Part shown: one piece after another, positions 26,369 through 32,000 of the stretch
Position numbering within the stretch: position 1 is the first letter of the stretch
How the letters are laid out: each line of letters opens with the position of its first letter
Assembly (NCBI GenBank): GCA_965219535.1
Contig: CBDCNV010000001.1
Coordinates: 1,410,001 to 1,442,000, forward strand
Reading direction: 5' to 3'
DNA: 32,000 nucleotides
DNA from: Opitutales bacterium
Lineage (GTDB): Bacteria > Verrucomicrobiota > Verrucomicrobiia > Opitutales > PNEW01
Position numbers and translations under genes: made by a program
Notes under the pieces: generated by a model
Databases searched by the model: none
Told to the model about the DNA's origin: nothing
Seen by the model: the letters and a program-made list of their open reading frames with translations, nothing else

Positions 26369-27367
26369 TTAAGGTTTAATATTATCAACGATTGCTGAAA
26401 CCCCCGTGCGTACGGGATCCACGCAGGGTAAGTTATGTTCATCGGCCATCTCTTTGAGATAAGCATTCGCAGCTTCAGGAGACATCAGTTTAGTATTTAT
26501 GGAAATGCCCACCATTTTAGCCTGCGGGTTTGTAAGTTTGGCGGCCTCGACATTGGCATTGAGGCACGTGGTGATGTCTGGTAAGGGCTGATTAGGCAGG
26601 CCGCGCATGTGGTGTCGGGTGGGTTCGTGACAAAGGACTAAAGCATCCGGCTGAGAGCCGTGTATCAAGGCCATGGTCACTCCGGAAAATGACGGGTGGA
26701 ATAAACTTCCCTGTCCCTCGATTAGATCCCAATGATCTTCATCGTTTGCGGGCGCAATTATCTCTGTTGCCCCCGACATAAAGTCAGCGATGACCGCGTC
26801 AACGGATATGCCCTCTCCAGCAATAAAAATACCCGTTTGTCCGGTTGCTCGGAAAGTCGCTTTCCAACCCCTTTTTTGCATTTCCCTTTCGAGGGCGAGG
26901 GCGGTGTACATTTTGCCAATGGAGCAATCAGTCCCGACCGTAATTAATCGATTACCCGCTCGTTTTTCTCCATTGCCGACCGGTAATTCCCGATCGTAAT
27001 GGCGAACATCAAAGAGTATGCGACCGCATTTATCGGCAACCTCCCGTATTTTGGGTAAACTGTTCAGCCGTGTGTGGAGACCTGCAGCAATATCCAATCC
27101 CAATTCTAAAGCATGGATGAGGGGAGTTTCCCAGTTATCTGAAATGACACCTCCACGATTGGCGACACCAATTACTAGAGTCTTGGCACCTTTCTCCACC
27201 GCTTCTTCCAACGTCAGGTCATCCAAGCCCAAGTCGGCTTGACAGCCATTGAGACGCATCTGCCCGAGGCACCAATCGGGGCGCCAGTAGGCGACGCCAT
27301 CCGCGGTCTTCGCTGCTAATTGGTCATGTGCGTCCCCAAGGAACATCAAGTAGGGGTGATTTATCAT
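26369..27367 (-). CDS. dgcN: DUF1611-family protein (D-glutamate N-acetyltransferase DgcN type)
   Basis: 332 aa, starting ...YLMFLGDA and containing GTDCSIGKMYTAL, which is typical of DUF1611. It lies 16 nt upstream of the epimerase gene. Confidence 0.65.
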   Translation of the reverse strand: MINHPYLMFLGDAHDQLAAKTADGVAYWRPDWCLGQMRLNGCQADLGLDDLTLEEAVEKGAKTLVIGVANRGGVISDNWETPLIHALELGLDIAAGLHTRLNSLPKIREVADKCGRILFDVRHYDRELPVGNGEKRAGNRLITVGTDCSIGKMYTALALEREMQKRGWKATFRATGQTGIFIAGEGISVDAVIADFMSGATEIIAPANDEDHWDLIEGQGSLFHPSFSGVTMALIHGSQPDALVLCHEPTRHHMRGLPNQPLPDITTCLNANVEAAKLTNPQAKMVGISINTKLMSPEAANAYLKEMADEHNLPCVDPVRTGVSAIVDNIKP

Positions 27368-27458
27368 GCGTTATCTCTCCATAAAATATTCTAATGTTAA
27401 ATGAGCGAGCTAGTTTCTTTTTCCACGGGCGTCAAATTATTTTCGCTGAGGGTGTGAG

Positions 27459-27599
27459 ATGAACTGGATTCCAATTCATTCAATTGATGGACAACTTCGC
27501 CTCATTGTAAATCTTGAGAACGAGGATTATAGATTGCCAAAGCAAACCAATACTTTAAGTAACTTTTATAAAATACAGCATCTCTATACCCTTGCATGA
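27459..27599 (+). CDS. Possible 46-aa small ORF (unsupported beyond ORF and SD)
   Basis: An ATG preceded by GAGGGTGTGAG. It translates to MNWIPIHSIDGQLRLIVNLENEDYRLPKQTNTLSNFYKIQHLYTLA. Its stop overlaps the TTG start of the ankyrin gene. It falls below the track's length cut-off. Confidence 0.2.
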   Translation: MNWIPIHSIDGQLRLIVNLENEDYRLPKQTNTLSNFYKIQHLYTLA

Positions 27600-28788
27600 T
27601 AAATATAATCATTTTCAGCTTAGACGCTGGCTCTCAGTATTATTGATTGCAACGTCTTGTTTTTTTGGTCTCAGCTGGCGCGTTGCGGGATCGGAGTCGA
27701 CTGCATTACTGAGCCGTAAAGTAGACAAAGATTTAATCAAGGCAGTGAAATCGGGGAAATCTTCGATTGCGCGTTATCTTCTCGCGATTGGTGCCAATCC
27801 CAATATGGAAATCACCGAGGGGTGGACGGTGCTGATGGAGGCGGCTGAAAAGGGTAATAAAACAATGTTCGATAGTCTGCTTTCACGAGGGGCCAATCCC
27901 AAGGCTCGCAGGTATGACGGATTCACAACCTTAATGGCCGCGGCCAGGGGCGGTAATGAATATATATATAAAGAGGTATTTCTTGCCGCGGGTTATGAAA
28001 GTGTAGTTAGCGCCAGCGGATATTCACTGCTCATGGCAGCGGCTGCTGGAGGTAACGAGAACATTTTTGATAAAGTCAGACGCAGGGGGATTAACATCAG
28101 AGCGGTCGATAATGATGGCTATTCGGTATTGATGGCCGCTGCTGAAGGCGGTAACGAGGAGATATTTAAATTTGTCCTGGGGTTCGATAAAAATGTTCAT
28201 CCCGAAGACAACATGGGCAGAAACCTCGCTTATTACGCCGCGCTCGGTGGCAACCTGGAAATATTCCAGTTTTTGATAGAAAGCGGAGCCGATATTCAGG
28301 CGAGGTGTAAAATCGGAAGCACGGTTCTTTTGGCTTCTGTTAAAGGTCGGAATGTCGCGATTGTTAGAATGTGTCTCGAAGCGGGAATTGATAGGGATGC
28401 AGGTAATGATGAAGGTTCAACGCCTCTCATGTTGGCGATGGATAGTTACAACCGGTACCTGGCGAGTGTTTTATTGGAAGCCGGAGCTGAGATCAATGCG
28501 CGAGGAAATACAAGCTATACCGTTCTTCATGATCAGGCGAAGTTCGATGATTACGACAGTGTGTATTTTTTACTGAGTGCAGGAGCGGACCCGAATATAT
28601 ATGATGATGAAGGGAGAACTGCACTTATGCTCGCGGCACGCACAGGTAATTATCGTATCGTCAGACGAATGTTGAAGTACGGTGCCGACCCCTCGCTTGA
28701 GGATCATGACGGGTTAAAAGCAAAGGATTATGCCGCCTCTGCGGGTAAGAATAAAATCGCGACAATGCTGGAAAACGAAGAAAAATAA
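27592..28788 (+). CDS. Secreted or membrane-anchored ankyrin-repeat protein (about ten ANK repeats)
   Basis: A hydrophobic N-terminus (WLSVLLIATSCFFGLSW) is followed by repeated G-x-T/S-x-LM-x-AA-x-GN...GA(D/N) units. There is no in-frame ATG near the 5' end, so a TTG start is assumed. Confidence 0.8.
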   Translation: MHDKYNHFQLRRWLSVLLIATSCFFGLSWRVAGSESTALLSRKVDKDLIKAVKSGKSSIARYLLAIGANPNMEITEGWTVLMEAAEKGNKTMFDSLLSRGANPKARRYDGFTTLMAAARGGNEYIYKEVFLAAGYESVVSASGYSLLMAAAAGGNENIFDKVRRRGINIRAVDNDGYSVLMAAAEGGNEEIFKFVLGFDKNVHPEDNMGRNLAYYAALGGNLEIFQFLIESGADIQARCKIGSTVLLASVKGRNVAIVRMCLEAGIDRDAGNDEGSTPLMLAMDSYNRYLASVLLEAGAEINARGNTSYTVLHDQAKFDDYDSVYFLLSAGADPNIYDDEGRTALMLAARTGNYRIVRRMLKYGADPSLEDHDGLKAKDYAASAGKNKIATMLENEEK

Positions 28789-28878
28789 AATCGACGGAAA
28801 AGGGATAATTAGGTGATCGAGATAATTAAGTTGCGTCGACAATGACAACGGTTTAGATCGATTCTGATTATCCGGAAT

Positions 28879-28954
28879 GGGGCCGTAGCTCAGTTGGAAG
28901 AGCGCCACAATGGCATTGTGGAAGTCGTCGGTTCGATCCCGATCGGCTCCACCA
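28879..28954 (+). tRNA. tRNA-Ala (anticodon GGC), CCA encoded
   Basis: Acceptor stem GGGGCCG/CGGCTCC with the G3:U70 Ala identity pair. D arm GCTC-AGTTGGAA-GAGC, anticodon stem-loop CCACA-ATGGCAT-TGTGG, T arm GTCGG-TTCGATC-CCGAT, then A-CCA. Confidence 0.9.
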
Positions 28955-28957
28955 AAC

Positions 28958-29029
28958 TTTGCATTGCAAAGTTTGCCCTCCGTAGTTCCGCCACAGCGGA
29001 ACGAAGGATGGGCATTTCGTGATCATCAG
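28958..29029 (+). repeat. 72-bp direct repeat, copy 1 (starts 3 nt after the tRNA-Ala CCA)
   Basis: TTTGCATTGCAAAGTTTGCCCTCCGTAGTTCCGCCACAGCGGAACGAAGGATGGGCATTTCGTGATCATCAG. I checked it base by base and it is identical to 29093..29164. Confidence 0.95.
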
Positions 29030-29092
29030 CCAGTGAAACAAGGCAGGTGATCCCATCCAGCTCTGAGCTTGCCGAAGGGCAATATATATCCT

Positions 29093-29164
29093 TTTGCATT
29101 GCAAAGTTTGCCCTCCGTAGTTCCGCCACAGCGGAACGAAGGATGGGCATTTCGTGATCATCAG
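29093..29164 (+). repeat. 72-bp direct repeat, copy 2
   Basis: Perfect copy of 28958..29029, separated from it by a 63-bp unique spacer. Confidence 0.95.
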
Positions 29165-29201
29165 TTATTCCGCGTTAAAGCCGTGCCTCTTTATCGGCTC
29201 T

Positions 29202-30086
29202 TCACCTTTTAGGTTTGATACGCGTGACGATTCTGACCGTGGGAACGATATCGACCACTTCGATTTCTAAGGCAGTAAACGTATCTCCGCTGAATTCGCT
29301 TTTGTTCTCATTGGAACGTTTTTCCTGCCTAATGTTTATCGGTTGAGAAGATTGAATTTCGATCTGCATTTTTGACCATGAAAGAAAGTAGAAGTTATCT
29401 GATTGGGTGATTTTTACGATTTCATCCGTGCCCAGATTCCAGGTCAGTGAGATGGGATGTCTTTTCCCTAGTTTAAAATTAATATCATCGCTGATTCTCA
29501 TTTCCGAATCGCCCCAGATTACATCGCGATACCAGTGTTCAAGATCTTTATAGCAAGCAGTTGGATTGACGCGGACACTGCCACCTCGCGTGTCCAGATT
29601 ATTCACTGTAATGGACGCGGGCATAAGCAACGGCGTATCCTTGAGTTGCAAAATATTATAAATAGAAAAATCGTTCCCCGCGATTGTCTCAGGGGACGTT
29701 TGTTCGTCGGGAATTCCACCAATAATAAGAACCGGAGATCCATTATAGACAAATGAGACATGCCCGCGTGCGAATGAAATGGGGTTATTTTCAGGCGCGC
29801 CGAAGATTGAAACAATCGAAGCATCATCTTCAAGACTGTCACTCCAGACAATTCTCATGTTTTTAGTGTCAAAAGCGAAGATCGACGGTGCGGCAATTAT
29901 GTTGTCTAGAATACTCCTCGTGGTGGGTGTGGCTTGTTTCTCACTTGGGCGGATCTGTTTTACCGGCAATGAGCTGATCTCTTGATCCGAATTTACGGTC
30001 TGAATTTCGGAATCAGACGAAGGCGATCCACAAGAAGAAACTAAGTGGGCATAAACGAACAAAATGATAAGCGTAATTATCTTCAC
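29202..30086 (-). CDS. Lipoprotein of unknown function
   Basis: Signal peptide plus lipobox MKIITLIILFVYAHLVSSCGS. It is 294 aa with no recognisable catalytic motif. Confidence 0.65.
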   Translation of the reverse strand: MKIITLIILFVYAHLVSSCGSPSSDSEIQTVNSDQEISSLPVKQIRPSEKQATPTTRSILDNIIAAPSIFAFDTKNMRIVWSDSLEDDASIVSIFGAPENNPISFARGHVSFVYNGSPVLIIGGIPDEQTSPETIAGNDFSIYNILQLKDTPLLMPASITVNNLDTRGGSVRVNPTACYKDLEHWYRDVIWGDSEMRISDDINFKLGKRHPISLTWNLGTDEIVKITQSDNFYFLSWSKMQIEIQSSQPINIRQEKRSNENKSEFSGDTFTALEIEVVDIVPTVRIVTRIKPKR

Positions 30087-30166
30087 GAATATATAGGTAA
30101 CGCATTAAAATTTACAATGAGTCAAGTATCGATCTCGAGCGGTGATTTTTCTACGGAGTGAATGTA

Positions 30167-30207
30167 AAAAAAGACCGGCCAATCTGCAAGCAGAGGCCGG
30201 TCTTTTT
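30167..30207 (-). terminator. Rho-independent terminator of the amt-glnK operon
   Basis: Read on the minus strand: AAAAAGACCGGCC-loop-GGCCGGTCTTTTTT, starting about 20 nt after the glnK stop. The GC-rich stem is followed by a U-run, and A/T runs on both sides make it potentially bidirectional. Confidence 0.8.
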
Positions 30208-30228
30208 AAATTAATTTAAAAACAGTTA

Positions 30229-30579
<351 letters not shown>

Positions 30580-30650
30580 TTACTTTAGGTAATTGTTAGT
30601 CTTTCAATAATTTCTTGGCAAGCTGAACTTTGATATATTCTTCTAATTAT

Positions 30651-32000
30651 TTATCGAGTTCTCATCTGGAAGTCGCCATACGCTTCCTGGCCGTGCTCAC
30701 CGATGTCGAGGCCTTCGAATTCTTCTTCTTCAGATACCCGAATTCCTATTGTTGCCTTCAATATGCCGAAAATGATGAGGGCAAAGGTAAAGGACCAGGC
30801 ACTTATCGCCAGGGTGCCGATAATTTGCCATCCGACAGAGTATCCGCCGAAGATGCCGGCAGCAATCGTGCCCCAGTTGCCACATATTCCATGGACGGAG
30901 ATGGCGCCGACGGGATCGTCAATTCTGAGCTTATCAAACATAAGGATAGAAAATACTACGATAACACCAGCAATGAGGCCGATGATAACGGCTTCACCGA
31001 CTCCAACCGAGTCCGCGCCAGCGGTGATGCCAACGAGCCCGGCGAGAATGCCGTTTAGTGCCATAGAAAGGTCAGGTTTCTTCAAAACTGTCCATGCAGT
31101 GGCTATGGAGGCAACGCCACCCGCGGCAGCAGCCATCGTGGTCGTAGTTACGACATAAGAGATAAGGACGGGATCGGCCGAGAGAACGGAACCCCCATTA
31201 AATCCAAACCAGCCCAAAAAGAGGAGGAATACTCCTATTGTGGCGAGAGGGAAGCTGTGCGCGGGAATGGGCCGTATTCTGCCGCCTTCAAGGTATTTAC
31301 CCTTCCTTGGACCGAGTAAGAGCACACAAGCCAGAGCGCCATAACCGCCGAAGGCGTGGACAACTGAGGACCCGGCGAAATCATAAAAACCATTCGCATC
31401 GAGCCAGCCACCACCCCATTTCCAGGCTCCCGAAATGGGATAGGCGATAGCGACGAAGAGTGTCACAAATAGCATAAAGCTGGGTAGTTTTACACGTTCT
31501 GCGACAGCTCCCGAGATAATTGTGGCACCCGTTGCGGCAAACATCGCCTGGAAGAAGAAGTCGGTCCAGGTGGTCATATCCAATGCGTACCCCAGTGGAG
31601 TGATTAATCCAAAATCCTCCAGGGAACCATCGCTGGGAATAAAGAATCCAGCAAAACCGAGTATTCCATTAAAATCTCCGGGATACATAAGATTGAATCC
31701 ACAGATATAGTAAGTGAGAATACCAATTGAGATGATGAAAACATTCTTAAAAAGAACGTTTACACAATTCTTCTGCTGGGTGAGACCAGATTCCAGGGCG
31801 GAGAAACCAAGATGCATGATGAAAACGAGCATGCCCGCAATGAGCACCCACAAGTTATCGACCATGAACTTCGTATAGAGGACAGGCTGTTCCTGAAACT
31901 CGGCCATCGTTGTATAGGCCGGAGCTTCATCTTCCTGTGCATAGAGTGGATTAATGAAAGGACAAAGGGCTAATCCTGTGAGGATTAATATTAATCCAGA
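30651..32000 (-). CDS. amt: Ammonium transporter (Amt family); the 5' end lies beyond the window
   Basis: Amt blocks are present (FAGSSVVHAFGG, LGWFGFNGGS, AISVHGICGNWG). Upstream of the track's ATG (31907) the frame stays open to position 32000 and reads like a signal peptide (...GLILILTGLALCPFINPLYAQEDEAPAYTT-MAEF...). The true start is therefore probably outside the window. Confidence 0.93.
   Translation of the reverse strand, partial: SGLILILTGLALCPFINPLYAQEDEAPAYTTMAEFQEQPVLYTKFMVDNLWVLIAGMLVFIMHLGFSALESGLTQQKNCVNVLFKNVFIISIGILTYYICGFNLMYPGDFNGILGFAGFFIPSDGSLEDFGLITPLGYALDMTTWTDFFFQAMFAATGATIISGAVAERVKLPSFMLFVTLFVAIAYPISGAWKWGGGWLDANGFYDFAGSSVVHAFGGYGALACVLLLGPRKGKYLEGGRIRPIPAHSFPLATIGVFLLFLGWFGFNGGSVLSADPVLISYVVTTTTMAAAAGGVASIATAWTVLKKPDLSMALNGILAGLVGITAGADSVGVGEAVIIGLIAGVIVVFSILMFDKLRIDDPVGAISVHGICGNWGTIAAGIFGGYSVGWQIIGTLAISAWSFTFALIIFGILKATIGIRVSEEEEFEGLDIGEHGQEAYGDFQMRTR

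Noticed and set aside
28868-29161. 97-aa and 86-aa minus-strand ORFs with internally repeated peptide sequence
   Set aside because: They overlap tRNA-Ala, and their internal repetition is simply the translation of the two 72-bp DNA repeats. They have no independent coding support.
28955-29164. Mini-CRISPR array or att-site duplication at the tRNA
   Set aside because: There are only two repeat copies, and 72 bp is too long for CRISPR repeats. No cas genes are present. The repeats share no sequence with the tRNA 3' end, and no integrase or mobile genes flank them.
30630-31158. 142-aa and 151-aa plus-strand ORFs antisense to amt
   Set aside because: These are antisense shadows of a strongly supported, motif-rich Amt CDS. 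Their translations are low-complexity (Ala/Pro/Ser-rich).

Overview
This window looks like ordinary chromosome: about 40 protein genes, two tRNAs and several non-coding repeats. I saw no rRNA, CRISPR array, transposase, integrase, phage genes or recognisable defence genes. The prepilin-type pseudopilin gene and the overall gene mix suggest a PVC-group (Verrucomicrobia-like), possibly marine, bacterium. That is inference only, because no marker RNA is present.

Genes in order:
- a secreted TIM-barrel-like protein whose ORF is cut by one in-frame TAA
- hemF-hemE-hemY on the minus strand
- an SDR-type protein, then ybaB-recR and tRNA-Gly(CCC)
- an RRM RNA-binding protein
- an arsS-arsM (radical SAM plus As-methyltransferase) pair
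- a YcaQ/AlkZ-like winged-helix protein, a Zn-ADH and an HD-domain protein
- a pseudopilin followed by a membrane-anchored beta-hairpin-repeat protein
- two convergent single-domain response regulators
- a tandemly duplicated non-coding element, directly upstream of a small-membrane-protein plus HTTM-like polytopic pair that recalls SdpA/SdpB
- an orphan ParA and a stand-alone cNMP-binding protein
- a tight co-directional block: msrA, DegT aminotransferase, PhyH dioxygenase, pdxJ, PhyH dioxygenase, lipoprotein, GNAT, thpR
- dgcN-dgcA (DUF1611 plus enolase-superfamily racemase)
- a secreted ankyrin-repeat protein
- tRNA-Ala(GGC) followed by two perfect 72-bp direct repeats
- a lipoprotein, then amt-glnK; amt runs off the right edge of the window

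The most second-look-worthy items are:
1. the SdpAB-like pair, which has no visible substrate gene and sits behind a duplicated leader element with a perfectly conserved 57-bp core carrying an SD-preceded micro-ORF
2. the arsS-arsM pair and its glycosylase-fold neighbour
3. the DegT / 2x PhyH / GNAT block
4. the structured repeats immediately 3' of both tRNAs

All functional calls come from reading motifs in the translations. No database search was run.
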